DNA of 64,000 bases from Alphaproteobacteria bacterium (GTDB taxonomy: Bacteria > Pseudomonadota > Alphaproteobacteria > Rickettsiales > SXRF01): positions 18,523 to 82,522 of the forward strand of contig JBDHUC010000003.1 of assembly GCA_039808985.1 (NCBI GenBank), written 5' to 3'. Under the pieces are notes generated by a model. It did no database searches. It saw only the letters and a program-made list of their open reading frames with translations, and was not told where the DNA came from. A program made the translations under genes and the position numbers. Positions 1 through 10,159 of this stretch are shown piece after piece (the stretch's first letter is position 1; each line of letters begins with the position of its first letter).

Positions 1-1
1 T

Positions 2-409
2 TCCCTTGTGCTTGCCGGTTTTGTCAAGAAAGAGCAGGTTGTAGTGGCTTATGGGCATGGGCAGGGTAATTATCTTGGCTGCTATAACGGCGGGTATGGC
101 TATCTTTATTTCGCTGACCTGCTTAGTATAGACGTTGATTTTGGCTGGATTTACGGTAGCCCATTTGTATTACCAGCAGGCACTAAAAAAGGCGTGACTT
201 TCACCTGCGCAACCTGGGATAATGGCGGCGGCATCGGCCAACCGGTAATAAGCGCCAATGATGCCCGTGCGATTGATATAAAACTGGATGATGGGCTGCC
301 ACAAAGCGGAAAATTCCTTTCGCAGTCATATAGCGGCTTCTGCAACACCGGAAACGCCTACCAGAATTCCGACGTTATTGGCTGCCGTACTGTTTATTAT
401 TTGCCTTAA
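2..409 (+). CDS. C-terminal part of a pilin-like protein (paralog of the ORF at 40028-41002); 5' end lies outside the window
   Basis: The frame is open to the window edge. The C-terminal motif 'AIDIKLDDGLPQSGKFL' matches 'AIDKKIDDGFPQSGKVL' in the 40028-41002 protein, which has a canonical prepilin N-terminus. Confidence 0.45.
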   Translation, partial: SLVLAGFVKKEQVVVAYGHGQGNYLGCYNGGYGYLYFADLLSIDVDFGWIYGSPFVLPAGTKKGVTFTCATWDNGGGIGQPVISANDARAIDIKLDDGLPQSGKFLSQSYSGFCNTGNAYQNSDVIGCRTVYYLP

Positions 410-411
410 TC

Positions 412-556
412 AGGTTCTGATATATTCAAACCCTAACTTGCTGCAAACGCCAGTTTTCTGCGCTTCCGTTGCTCACGTACTCTAACGTACGCTCCGCTAC
501 GGTTCTCGTAAACCGGCATTTTCGCTAAGTTATCTTTTTGAATGTAGGCAGAACCT
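412..556. repeat. MITE-like element of about 145 bp with imperfect ~20-bp terminal inverted repeats
   Basis: The left arm aggttctgatatattcaaa (412-430) matches the reverse complement of tttgaatgtaggcagaacct (537-556). The right arm forms part of the perfect 16-bp palindrome cagaacctaggttctg (549-564), which contains the coaX stop codon. Confidence 0.5.
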
Positions 557-1352
557 AGGTTCTGTCGGCATTCATCGCGTATAGTTCACGCAAACCGTGG
601 ATGGTTAAATCGCCATCGACATATTCGATTACCGGGCAGGCTTTGGAATAAAGCGATGCCAGCCCGCCAGTTGCTATCACCAGCATATTGCTGCCGTCTG
701 GGGAATGTTCCGCTTTTATGCGCCCGACTATTCCTTCGACCAGCCCTACATAACCATAATAAATTCCTGACTGCATCGCACCGATAGTATTGGTGCCAAT
801 AATTTTATCCGGTTTGGCGATGCCGATATTGGGAAGCTTGGCAGCAGCACGCTGAAGTGCATCAAGCGACAGGTTCACTCCCGGAGCAATTACTCCGCCG
901 ATATAATCTCCACTGGCATTTACCACATCGAAAGTGGTGGCGGTGCCAAAATCCACAACTATCAGCGGTTTTTTATAGCGCGACCAGGCGGCAAAGGCAT
1001 TAACCAGCCGATCTGCCCCGACTTCCGCCGGATTGTCTATCTTCACACCTACCCCGGTTTTAAGCTTAAGGCGCGGATCACCTATAACCATAAGCTCTGT
1101 ATTAAAATAACGCCTGGCAAGCTGGCGCAAATCAAACAACACCTGCGGCACAACCGATGCCACCACAGCGCCAGTTATATCCTCGGGCTTAATTTTTGAA
1201 TGTTCCAGAACCTGCGTAAGCCACACACCATATTCATCGGCTGTGCGCCGCGCATTAGTTGAAATCCGCCACTGTCCTTTTATCTCCGGGCCAGAAAAAA
1301 CCGCAAATACCACATTGGTATTGCCAACATCAATCACAAGAAGCATAGACAT
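555..1352 (-). CDS. coaX: type III pantothenate kinase
   Basis: 265 aa. The N-terminal 'LLVIDVGNTN' ASKHA phosphate-1 motif, the 'DFGTATT' motif and the length are typical of CoaX. Its position after birA downstream of nuoN is the usual alphaproteobacterial arrangement. Confidence 0.93.
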   Translation of the reverse strand: MSMLLVIDVGNTNVVFAVFSGPEIKGQWRISTNARRTADEYGVWLTQVLEHSKIKPEDITGAVVASVVPQVLFDLRQLARRYFNTELMVIGDPRLKLKTGVGVKIDNPAEVGADRLVNAFAAWSRYKKPLIVVDFGTATTFDVVNASGDYIGGVIAPGVNLSLDALQRAAAKLPNIGIAKPDKIIGTNTIGAMQSGIYYGYVGLVEGIVGRIKAEHSPDGSNMLVIATGGLASLYSKACPVIEYVDGDLTIHGLRELYAMNADRT

Positions 1353-2106
1353 CCCCTGCGTGAATAGTTTGCTTCTTACCTTTGTCCGGGGTTATGAGCA
1401 GGCTGCCGCTGGCATCAATACCTTCGAATACCCCTTCCACCTGCCCTTCCGGCAGGCGCGCCACGATACGCTGCTTCAGGTTCCACGCCTGCGCCGACCA
1501 ATCCTTACGGATACCGGAAAACCCCCTGCTGCACCATTGGTCATAACGCTCGATGAAATGATGGATAAAGCGCGACAGTATAATTTTTGCCGATACCAGC
1601 TCGACCCCGGCCTCTTTGAGGCAGGTAGCCGGGAATTCAGTACGCGGCGGGTAGCTGTCGATATTGATGCCAACCCCTACTACAACCCACGGAATATCGC
1701 TTCCTTCCGTGCGGAAAGATTCAAGAAGTATACCACCCAGTTTACGCCCTGAAAGAAGTATATCATTTGGCCATTTCACTTTAAGGCAATCCTGCTCGGG
1801 AAGCAGGGGTGCGATAGCCTCTAAAGCGGCAATTGCCGCAACGAATGAAAGCTGCGCCAGCTCTGCAAGCGGCTTTTTTGGCTGGAGAAGAACGGATACG
1901 AATAAATTACCCTCGGAAGAAAGCCATGTCCGCCCCATCCGGCCTTTTCCTTCACTTTGCTTTTTTGCCCAGATGACAGCCCCGTGGCTGCCGCCTGCAC
2001 GGGCCAGGCGCTTGGCCTCCTCGTTGGTTGAATCAAGCATGTCGAAAGACAATAGATGGTAGTCGTTGAGCAGGTTGGAGATTATTTTTTTCTTCTGCAC
2101 GCTCAT
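1330..2106 (-). CDS. birA: biotin--[acetyl-CoA-carboxylase] ligase (no N-terminal HTH domain)
   Basis: 258 aa. 'QSEGKGRMGRTW' matches the BirA GRGRxGR-type biotin-binding loop, and 'KWPNDILL' is present. The gene lies immediately after nuoN. Confidence 0.9.
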   Translation of the reverse strand: MSVQKKKIISNLLNDYHLLSFDMLDSTNEEAKRLARAGGSHGAVIWAKKQSEGKGRMGRTWLSSEGNLFVSVLLQPKKPLAELAQLSFVAAIAALEAIAPLLPEQDCLKVKWPNDILLSGRKLGGILLESFRTEGSDIPWVVVGVGINIDSYPPRTEFPATCLKEAGVELVSAKIILSRFIHHFIERYDQWCSRGFSGIRKDWSAQAWNLKQRIVARLPEGQVEGVFEGIDASGSLLITPDKGKKQTIHAGDVYASCD

Positions 2107-2107
2107 A

Positions 2108-3562
2108 TTATTTTATCAGGCTGGCAGCAACGGTTTTAGCGAATGTTACCAGCGGTGTCGGCACCAGGAAAAAGAACATTGTAACCCCTGCCCCAATTGC
2201 AATCGCTATATTTACTACAGGCGAGGAAGATCTGTCGAAGGCTGGTTTAGGGTCATCAAAATAAATGGTTTTTACTATTTTAAGATAATAGTAGCAGCTT
2301 ATTACGCTTATACACACGCCAAGAACGGCAAGCCAGGTAAGCCCGCCTTCAATTGCAGCCAGAACCACATAGAATTTTCCAAAAAAGCCTGACATTGGCG
2401 GAATTCCGGCCATGGAAAACAAACAAATAGAAAAGACGATTGCCAGCAACGGATTAGTCTGCGACAAACCGCCAAGTTCGCTTATATTTTCCAGAGATTC
2501 GCCGCCGCGCTTCATAAGCAGAACCGCACCGAACATCGCAACGCTCATGAACACATAAACCGTCATGTAAATTAAAATCGCCTGAACGCCGCCCTGATTA
2601 TCTGCTGCAAGCCCCATAAGCATGAAACCGACATGCCCTATCGAGCTGTAGGCCAGAAGGCGCTTGATATTGGTCTGCATAATTGCGCCCAGCGCCCCGA
2701 CCAGCATGGAAACCAGCGATACGAAAATCACAACCTGCTGCCACTGCCCTACCGCGCTGGCAAAAGGCTCCATAAGGAAACGCATGAACAGAGCGAGCGC
2801 TGCTATTTTCGGCGCAGTTGCAAAAAACACCGTTACCGGAGTTGGCGCACCTTCATAAACATCGGGCGTCCACATATGGAAAGGAACAGCGGAAATCTTG
2901 AAACAGAAACCAGTGATTATTAAAACAAGCCCGACAATAACACCTTTGGAAAGCACATAATGCTGACCAGCGAACAGCTCAGAAAGGCTTGCGAAGCTGG
3001 TGCTTCCAGCAAACCCATAAACCAGCGACATGCCAAACAGCATCATGCCTGAAGCCAGCGCCCCAAGGACAAAATATTTAAGCCCTGCTTCGCTTGATTT
3101 GGCATGGTCACGCGAGAACGAAGCCAGCACATACAGCGCAAGGCTGGACATTTCCAGCGCCATGTACAACGCCAGGAGATCTGCGGCGGAAACCATAAGC
3201 ATCATGCCAATCATGGAAAAAAGCATCAGGATTATGAATTCAAACGGCCTGCCCCCGTCTTCACGCAAATAGCCTGATGCAAGCATAAGCACCAGGCCGC
3301 CTGCCGCCAATATAAGCATTTTTACAAATACCGTAAACTGGCTGCTTGCGAACATGCCGCCAAGATAAACCCCATCTGGTATAGAACGACAGGTAACAAG
3401 GAATCCTGTAAATAAAATTGCGACCAGCGCCAGGGTTATAAACTGGCCAGATGTACGAGGCTGGCGGTAGAGGCCGTAAAGCAATAGGATTACCGTTGAA
3501 AACAGTAAGAATATCTCCGGTTTTATCGCAACTATTCCGGCATTTACAAGAATATCCAGCAT
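2108..3562 (-). CDS. nuoN: NADH-quinone oxidoreductase subunit N
   Basis: 484-aa polytopic antiporter-like subunit with 'KISAVPFHMWTPDVYEGAPTPVT'. It is the last gene of the nuo operon. Confidence 0.96.
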   Translation of the reverse strand: MLDILVNAGIVAIKPEIFLLFSTVILLLYGLYRQPRTSGQFITLALVAILFTGFLVTCRSIPDGVYLGGMFASSQFTVFVKMLILAAGGLVLMLASGYLREDGGRPFEFIILMLFSMIGMMLMVSAADLLALYMALEMSSLALYVLASFSRDHAKSSEAGLKYFVLGALASGMMLFGMSLVYGFAGSTSFASLSELFAGQHYVLSKGVIVGLVLIITGFCFKISAVPFHMWTPDVYEGAPTPVTVFFATAPKIAALALFMRFLMEPFASAVGQWQQVVIFVSLVSMLVGALGAIMQTNIKRLLAYSSIGHVGFMLMGLAADNQGGVQAILIYMTVYVFMSVAMFGAVLLMKRGGESLENISELGGLSQTNPLLAIVFSICLFSMAGIPPMSGFFGKFYVVLAAIEGGLTWLAVLGVCISVISCYYYLKIVKTIYFDDPKPAFDRSSSPVVNIAIAIGAGVTMFFFLVPTPLVTFAKTVAASLIK

Positions 3563-5034
3563 CAGTTCTTTCCTGAAATATTTGTTTGTTCAATTAACTG
3601 CTTCACCGAAACTTCCAGCGCGCCAAGATATTGTTTCGGGTATATACCGATCCACAGCACACAGAGGACAAGCGGTATGAATATCAGTAACTCACGCGCC
3701 GAAACATCAGGCATTGTGCGCACATCTTCATTGGTTATTTCGCCAAAGGCCACGCGTTTATAGAGCCACAGTGCATAAGCCGCGCCCAGCACCACACCGG
3801 TTGCCGCACCGAATGCAACATAGGTGCTGGCCTTGAAGGAACCAAGCAAAACAAGGAATTCACCGACAAAGCCCGAAGTTACCGGCAGCCCGACCGAGGC
3901 CATGGTGAAAAACATGAACAGCAGCGCGTATCTCGGCATTATGGAAGCCACCCCGCCATAGCGGTTTATCTCGCGGGTATGCAGGCGGTCATAAAGCACA
4001 CCTACGCAAAGGAAGAGCGCCCCGGAAACAAGGCCGTGGCTTATCATCTGGATTATAGCGCCTTCGATGCCCTGGATATTAAAGGTGAATATACCTATGG
4101 TCACGAAGCCCATATGCGCAACCGAAGAATAGGCGATTAGCTTTTTCATATCACTCTGCACCAGGGCCACCAGGGAAGTATAAATAACGGCAATAACGCT
4201 TAAAGTGAATATAAATGGCGCAAAGTAATGCGAAGCATCAGGCAGCATCGGCAGCGAAAAACGCAGGAAGCCATATGCACCCATTTTAAGCAATATCCCG
4301 GCCAGTATCACCGAACCGGCAGTTGGGGCCTGCACGTGGGCATCAGGAAGCCAGGTATGCACCGGCCACATAGGAACTTTAACAGCAAAAGATGCAAACA
4401 TAGCCAGCCACAGATATTGCTGCACATGCAGAGGAAGCGTATGCCCGGCTGCAATAAGATCCGGGATGCTGGTAGTGCCGAAGGTTATATAGAGATAAAC
4501 TATTGCAACCAGGAATAATAGCGACCCGGCAAGTGTATAGAGGAAGAATTTATAGGCCGCGTATATACGCCGGTTGCCGCCCCATATTCCTATTATAAGG
4601 TACATGGGAATCAGCATGCCCTCAAAGAATATATAAAACATAACCACGTCAAGCGCACAGAACACGCCGATTACCATTGATTCAAGAAGCAGGAAATTAA
4701 CCATGAAGGCGCGAACCCGGACGGTTATGGATTGCCAACTGCATAATATGCAAAACGGCATGAGGAAAGTGGTGAGAAGGACCATGAACAGGGAAATCCC
4801 GTCAATCCCCAGATTATAGCTGATTCCAAGATCCTTGAACCAGGCCCCGGTTTCTACAAACTGGAACTTGGCCGAGGTCGCATCGAACCCTACCCACAGC
4901 CACAAAGAGGCGGCGAAGGTAACGACTGTTGTAAACAAGGCAATATAGCGCGCTGTATTCGCCTCATCCTGTTTGCCTGCCAGCATTATTGTGAATGCGC
5001 CGATAAGCGGTAATAATATTAATATGCTAAGCAT
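3562..5034 (-). CDS. nuoM: NADH-quinone oxidoreductase subunit M
   Basis: 490 aa with 'WPVHTWLPDAHVQAPTAGSVILAGILLK'. Position in the operon fits nuoM. Confidence 0.97.
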   Translation of the reverse strand: MLSILILLPLIGAFTIMLAGKQDEANTARYIALFTTVVTFAASLWLWVGFDATSAKFQFVETGAWFKDLGISYNLGIDGISLFMVLLTTFLMPFCILCSWQSITVRVRAFMVNFLLLESMVIGVFCALDVVMFYIFFEGMLIPMYLIIGIWGGNRRIYAAYKFFLYTLAGSLLFLVAIVYLYITFGTTSIPDLIAAGHTLPLHVQQYLWLAMFASFAVKVPMWPVHTWLPDAHVQAPTAGSVILAGILLKMGAYGFLRFSLPMLPDASHYFAPFIFTLSVIAVIYTSLVALVQSDMKKLIAYSSVAHMGFVTIGIFTFNIQGIEGAIIQMISHGLVSGALFLCVGVLYDRLHTREINRYGGVASIMPRYALLFMFFTMASVGLPVTSGFVGEFLVLLGSFKASTYVAFGAATGVVLGAAYALWLYKRVAFGEITNEDVRTMPDVSARELLIFIPLVLCVLWIGIYPKQYLGALEVSVKQLIEQTNISGKN

Positions 5035-6950
5035 TATTTAAACACCACCCAGCTAGTAATTAGTAAAAATCCCAAAAGCATTGCAAACGCATAATGATAC
5101 ACATACCCGGTTTGCAGGCGGCTGGTTTTGCCTGCCGCTATATGCGTAAGCAGCGCTGCCCCGTTGGGACCAAGCCCATCTATTATCTTCTCATCCCAGA
5201 ATTTCCAGAGATACTGGCCAAGGCGCTTAGCCGGGTTTACAAACAGGCAATCATACAGTTCATCGAAATACCATTTGTTTAAGAAGAAGCGGTATAGATA
5301 AGGGAATTTCATGGCGACCAGGCTTGGAACCATCGGCGCGGCGATATAGAATACCCATGCCAGCGCAATACCAGAAAGCGCCATAAGCAGCGGTAGGACA
5401 CCTACCCATGCCGGTACGTGATGCGCTTTTTCGATAGCCTCGTTAGAAGCTACTGCTCCTTGCCAGAAATGCCCATCGACCGAAACAAGGCCCAGCACAT
5501 GATAACCCAGCCAGCCAGAAAAAACCGCGCCAAAAGCCAGCAGCAGAAGAGGACGCAACATTATCGGCGGCGATTCATGAACATGCGCCAGCACATCTTT
5601 CGGCGCCCTCGATTTTCCATGGAATGTCATAAATAATAAACGCCATGAATAAAATGCTGTCATGAAAGCAGCGGCTATACCCATCCAGAAAGCAAAAACA
5701 CCCACTCCTCCATGCCCATAGGCCGCTTCGATAATCATATCCTTGGAATAATAACCGGCAAAGAAAGGAAGCCCGCCAAGCGCAAGCGAACCTATCCACA
5801 TATAAGCGTATGTTACCGGCATTTTTTTCCACACACCGCCCATATTGCGCATATCCTGCTCGCCGGAAAAGCCATGGATAACAGAGCCTGCGCCAAGGAA
5901 TAAAAGGGCTTTGAAAAAAGCATGGGTCATAAGATGGAATACAGCAACTGAATAAGCGCCGACACCGCAGGCAAAAAACATGTAGCCAAGCTGTGAACAG
6001 GTGGAATAGGCAATAACACGCTTAATATCATTTTGCACAAGACCAACAGTTGCCGCGAAAAAGGCCGTGCACGCACCAACTACGCAGACTATCTGCAAAG
6101 CCTGTTCGGACTGTTCGAATAAAGGCGAGCAGCGTGCAACCATGAACACACCGGCAGTCACCATGGTAGCTGCGTGGATGAGGGCTGAAACCGGGGTTGG
6201 GCCTTCCATCGCATCGGGAAGCCAGGTATGTAATCCTAGCTGAGCCGACTTGCCCATAGCGCCAATGAACAGCAGAACGCATATCAAAGTCAGGGCGTTG
6301 AATTCCATTCCAATGAAGCTGTAGGTGTCTGAAGAATGCGTAAATGCCGCGCTGAAAATAGCATCGAACTGCACTGTACCAAACAGCCAGTAAGTTGCGA
6401 ATATGCCAAGGGCAAAACCGAAATCACCAACACGGTTTACAATAAATGCCTTCATAGCGGCGTTGCAGGCCGACTGTTTCTTGAACCAGAAACCTATAAG
6501 AAGATAGGAGCAGAGCCCCACCCCTTCCCAGCCAAGGAAAAGCTGCACAAGGTTGTCGGAAGTTACCAGCATCAGCATGAAAAAAGTAAACAGCGAGAGA
6601 TAGGCCATAAAACGCGGCTGGTGCTCATCATGGCTCATATAGCCAATCGAGTAAATATGCACAACCGACGAAACCCACGTAACCACAACCAGCATTACCG
6701 CCGTCAGCGCATCAACCCTTAGCGTCCAGTTGGCAACAAAATCGCCAGACATTATCCACGGTATGATATTGGATTTATAGGCAATGCTGTCGCCGAAAGC
6801 AAAACCCCAAAATACCATGCCTGAAAGTACAGCGGAAAGAACCATGGCCGAGCAGGTTATGATATGCGAAAGGCGCGGCGTCATCGCGCTCACGTTCAGC
6901 CCTATTATAAGTGCGGCAAATAAAGGCAGGAATACGATGAAAGTTATCAT
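5034..6950 (-). CDS. nuoL: NADH-quinone oxidoreductase subunit L
   Basis: 638 aa with 'GLHTWLPDAMEGPTPVSALIHAATMVTAGV' and the long C-terminal lateral-helix region. Position in the operon fits nuoL. Confidence 0.97.
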   Translation of the reverse strand: MITFIVFLPLFAALIIGLNVSAMTPRLSHIITCSAMVLSAVLSGMVFWGFAFGDSIAYKSNIIPWIMSGDFVANWTLRVDALTAVMLVVVTWVSSVVHIYSIGYMSHDEHQPRFMAYLSLFTFFMLMLVTSDNLVQLFLGWEGVGLCSYLLIGFWFKKQSACNAAMKAFIVNRVGDFGFALGIFATYWLFGTVQFDAIFSAAFTHSSDTYSFIGMEFNALTLICVLLFIGAMGKSAQLGLHTWLPDAMEGPTPVSALIHAATMVTAGVFMVARCSPLFEQSEQALQIVCVVGACTAFFAATVGLVQNDIKRVIAYSTCSQLGYMFFACGVGAYSVAVFHLMTHAFFKALLFLGAGSVIHGFSGEQDMRNMGGVWKKMPVTYAYMWIGSLALGGLPFFAGYYSKDMIIEAAYGHGGVGVFAFWMGIAAAFMTAFYSWRLLFMTFHGKSRAPKDVLAHVHESPPIMLRPLLLLAFGAVFSGWLGYHVLGLVSVDGHFWQGAVASNEAIEKAHHVPAWVGVLPLLMALSGIALAWVFYIAAPMVPSLVAMKFPYLYRFFLNKWYFDELYDCLFVNPAKRLGQYLWKFWDEKIIDGLGPNGAALLTHIAAGKTSRLQTGYVYHYAFAMLLGFLLITSWVVFK

Positions 6951-6953
6951 GGG

Positions 6954-7280
6954 CTAGCCTTTCATCATATTAACATCCTCAACCGCGATAGAACCGCGGT
7001 TACGGAAATAGATAACCAGTATCGCAAGGCCAATCGCGGCCTCGGCGGCGGCAACCGTAAGCACGAACATGGCAAATACCTGCCCGGTCAAATCACCAAG
7101 CTTTACCGAAAAAGCCACAAAATTGATATTTACCGAAAGAAGTATAAGCTCAATAGACATAAGTATTGTGATGATATTCTTACGGTTTAAGAAAATTCCG
7201 CACACGCCAATGGTAAATAAAAGGCTAGATAGAACAAGGTAATGAAAAATACCAATACTTCCGAAAAAAACATGATCCAT
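6954..7280 (-). CDS. nuoK: NADH-quinone oxidoreductase subunit K
   Basis: 108 aa with 3 TM segments, '[18 protein letters not shown]' and '[13 protein letters not shown]'. Confidence 0.95.
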   Translation of the reverse strand: MDHVFFGSIGIFHYLVLSSLLFTIGVCGIFLNRKNIITILMSIELILLSVNINFVAFSVKLGDLTGQVFAMFVLTVAAAEAAIGLAILVIYFRNRGSIAVEDVNMMKG

Positions 7281-7284
7281 TACA

Positions 7285-7427
7285 AAATTCCCTCGCTGTC
7301 ATTCTGTGAGGTGTCCACTTCTTTTGTGGGCAACGGCACAGAATCTCCACCAATTATAAACAGACCCTGTGCTGCGGCTACACCGCCCACAGGATGACCA
7401 ATGCCCATATTCATGAAATTCCCTCGC
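7285..7427. mobile_element. MITE-like insertion between nuoJ and nuoK, flanked by a 12-bp direct duplication
   Basis: aaattccctcgc occurs at 7285-7296 and again at 7416-7427. The intervening sequence carries the inverted repeats gtcattctgtg (7298-7308) and cacaggatgac (7388-7398). The same termini bound the element at 38121-38209. Confidence 0.6.
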
Positions 7428-8034
7428 CAGATTTTACAGAAACGATTTCTATTCCTAACTCCTTGGTCCTGGCAAGCTGTTTGGCAATATTTTGTTTGCG
7501 CACCCCTACCCTCTCACGCTTGGTCAGCACTATTGCACCAATCATCGCTATAAGAAGTATCAATCCCGCAACCTGGAAAGCATAGGCATAGCCTGTATAT
7601 AGAACCGAACCAATGGCAACAGTATTGCTGGTTTCCGCGCTCGGCTCGATTATATTACGCGCAGACGCAAAAGCAGTTTTTTTAGAAAGGGAACTGTAGA
7701 AAATAAAGATAAACTCGGCAAAAATAATTGCTGCAACCCCAGCCCCCAGAGGAAGGTATTTAAGGAACGAACCACGCATCTCAGCAAAATTTATGTTAAG
7801 CATCATAACAACAAACAGGAACAGGACAGCAACTGCGCCTACATAAACAATTACCAGGGTCATCGCTATATATTCCGCACCAAGCAATACAAATAATCCG
7901 GCAGCATTAAAAAACGCCAGTATCAAGAAGAACACCGAATGCACAGGGTTCTTGCTGGAAATAACCATTCCCGCCGAAAGCACAGTCAGCCCGGCAAATA
8001 TATAGAACATCAGCGTTGCGATATTATCGGCCAT
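7411..8034 (-). CDS. nuoJ: NADH-quinone oxidoreductase subunit J
   Basis: 207-aa membrane subunit with 'GAEYIAMTLVIVYVGAVAVLFLFVVMM'. Position in the operon fits nuoJ. Confidence 0.93.
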   Translation of the reverse strand: MADNIATLMFYIFAGLTVLSAGMVISSKNPVHSVFFLILAFFNAAGLFVLLGAEYIAMTLVIVYVGAVAVLFLFVVMMLNINFAEMRGSFLKYLPLGAGVAAIIFAEFIFIFYSSLSKKTAFASARNIIEPSAETSNTVAIGSVLYTGYAYAFQVAGLILLIAMIGAIVLTKRERVGVRKQNIAKQLARTKELGIEIVSVKSGEGIS

Positions 8035-8037
8035 CTT

Positions 8038-8541
8038 TTACCTGTATCTTTCATCAGCAAGCAGGTTAGCCGCCAGCGCGCTTTCCCAGCGGTCGCCATT
8101 GGCCAGGAGCTTTTCTTTATTATACAATAACTCTTCATGGGTTTCCGCTGCGAATTCGAAGTTCGGCCCTTCAACAATAGCATCTACCGGGCAGGCTTCC
8201 TGGCAGAAGCCGCAATATATGCACTTGGTCATATCTATGTCATAGCGCGTGGTGCGGCGCGAACCATCCCCGCGAGCTTCAGCTTCGATAGTTATAGCCT
8301 GCGCAGGGCAGATAGCCTCGCAGAGCTTGCAGGCTATACAACGCTCCTCGCCGTTTGGATAACGGCGCAGGGCATGCTCGCCGCGAAAGCGCGGACTTAG
8401 AGGCCCTTTTTCATATGGATAGTTTATAGTAACAGGCTTTTTAAACATGTATTTAAGGGTCAGCATGAAGCCCGACACAAGCTCTGCCAATAAAAAAGCC
8501 CTCGCTGTCCTAGTTGCCTTCACTATCTTCACTCCCTGCAA
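8038..8541 (-). CDS. nuoI: NADH-quinone oxidoreductase subunit I (2x[4Fe-4S] ferredoxin-type)
   Basis: 167 aa with two cluster motifs, '[12 protein letters not shown]' and '[12 protein letters not shown]'. The annotated start overlaps the end of the dedA-like gene, so the exact start is uncertain. Confidence 0.93.
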   Translation of the reverse strand: MQGVKIVKATRTARAFLLAELVSGFMLTLKYMFKKPVTINYPYEKGPLSPRFRGEHALRRYPNGEERCIACKLCEAICPAQAITIEAEARGDGSRRTTRYDIDMTKCIYCGFCQEACPVDAIVEGPNFEFAAETHEELLYNKEKLLANGDRWESALAANLLADERYR

Positions 8542-9145
8542 TCTTTTTTCCTAAACGCGATATATAAAATATAATCCCAACTATTACAAGCAACACAACC
8601 ACGCCGGAAATATATGGCAGGTAATGATGCACCATCTCTTTATTATCGCCGATGAGATAACCTACTGTGGTAAGTATTGTCATCCATATCCCACTGCCAA
8701 GGCTTGTGTAAATACAGAATTTTTTTAAATCCATATGGCCAAGGCCAGCCGGAAAAGCGATGAAATGCCTGAGGCCTGGTATTAACCTGCCGGTAAAGGT
8801 TGAAATATCACCGTGCTTGCTGAAGAATTTATCCAGCTTATCGATCTTTTCATGGGTAAAGAAAAAATATTTTCCGTAGGCGTAGAAAAATTTACGCCCC
8901 AGGTAATAAGCTATATAATAGTTGGCAAGAGAGCCTCCCAAAGCCCCAAGCGTGGCCAGGCCCACTACAACAAAGAAATTCATATGCCCCTGCTGGACCA
9001 AAACACCGGCAGGAACCATGGTCACTTCTCCTGGTATAGGCACAAATGTGCTTTCCAGAAATGACATGATAAAAATACCCAGGTAACCAAAATGGTGTAC
9101 GAAATCAACCAGCCATTGACCAAATGCTTCAAGTGTATGTCCCAT
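8510..9145 (-). CDS. DedA/SNARE-associated family membrane protein, inserted between nuoH and nuoI
   Basis: '[21 protein letters not shown]' and '[17 protein letters not shown]' are DedA signature segments. The internal ATG at 9145 lies 2 nt after the nuoH stop codon. Confidence 0.8.
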   Translation of the reverse strand: MGHTLEAFGQWLVDFVHHFGYLGIFIMSFLESTFVPIPGEVTMVPAGVLVQQGHMNFFVVVGLATLGALGGSLANYYIAYYLGRKFFYAYGKYFFFTHEKIDKLDKFFSKHGDISTFTGRLIPGLRHFIAFPAGLGHMDLKKFCIYTSLGSGIWMTILTTVGYLIGDNKEMVHHYLPYISGVVVLLVIVGIIFYISRLGKKIAGSEDSEGN

Positions 9146-9147
9146 GC

Positions 9148-10158
9148 CTATGCCGCCCAGAAAACAACGTAAGCCGAGGTAAGAACCACCCATACAAGTG
9201 ACAACGGCAGAAAAACTTTCCACCCTAGGCGCATCAACTGGTCATAACGATAGCGCGGCAGGGTAGCGCGTGCCCAGATGAAAGTGAACAGGCAAAGGCA
9301 GATTTTAAGCATGAACCAGATAAACCCCGGTATCAGGTTGAACAGCGCAATATCAGCCGGGGCCTGCCATCCGCCAAGGAATAATATGGAAGTCATCCCT
9401 GACATAAGTATCATATTGGCGTATTCACCGAGGAAGAACAGCGCAAAGGACATTGAGGAATATTCAACGTTATAACCAGAAACCAGCTCCGCCTCCGCTT
9501 CCGGCAGGTCAAAAGGATGGCGGTTGGTTTCTGCAAGAGCTGAGATAAAAAATACAACGAACATAGGGAACAAACCACCGAAGGCATGCCAGTGCAAAAT
9601 GCCGCCTGACTGGGCGTTGACTATGTCGCCAAGATTTAGTGAGCCAACTAACATAAGCACCGTAACTATTACAAAACCTATTGATACTTCGTAAGAAACC
9701 ATTTGCGCACTGGAACGTATCGCCCCTAAAAAAGCATATTTTGAGTTACTCGCCCACCCCGCCATTATTATTCCGTAAACACTTAATGAAGAAATGGCGA
9801 ACAGATATAATACGCCTACGTTAATATTGGCGATCACAAAATCCTGGGAAAGAGGGATAACTGCCCAGCCAAGAAGAGCCAGCATAAAAGTCAGCATCGG
9901 CGCCATAAGGAATATTACCCGGCTGGATTCGGAAGGAATAATTGTTTCCTTGAGAAATAATTTAAGCCCGTCAGCAAAAGGCTGGAGAAGCCCCCAGAAG
10001 CCGGTCACATTTGGCCCCCTGCGCAGTTGCATGGCAGCAATCACCTTACGCTCGGCAAGCGTAAGCATGGCGACACATATAAGCAAAGGCACCACCAGGA
10101 GCAATATCTTGCCCAGTATTATCAGTAGCGGCATAAGCATATTAAAAAAATCCTGCAT
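9148..10158 (-). CDS. nuoH: NADH-quinone oxidoreductase subunit H
   Basis: 336 aa with '[17 protein letters not shown]' and '[25 protein letters not shown]'. Confidence 0.97.
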   Translation of the reverse strand: MQDFFNMLMPLLIILGKILLLVVPLLICVAMLTLAERKVIAAMQLRRGPNVTGFWGLLQPFADGLKLFLKETIIPSESSRVIFLMAPMLTFMLALLGWAVIPLSQDFVIANINVGVLYLFAISSLSVYGIIMAGWASNSKYAFLGAIRSSAQMVSYEVSIGFVIVTVLMLVGSLNLGDIVNAQSGGILHWHAFGGLFPMFVVFFISALAETNRHPFDLPEAEAELVSGYNVEYSSMSFALFFLGEYANMILMSGMTSILFLGGWQAPADIALFNLIPGFIWFMLKICLCLFTFIWARATLPRYRYDQLMRLGWKVFLPLSLVWVVLTSAYVVFWAA

Positions 10159-10159
10159 A

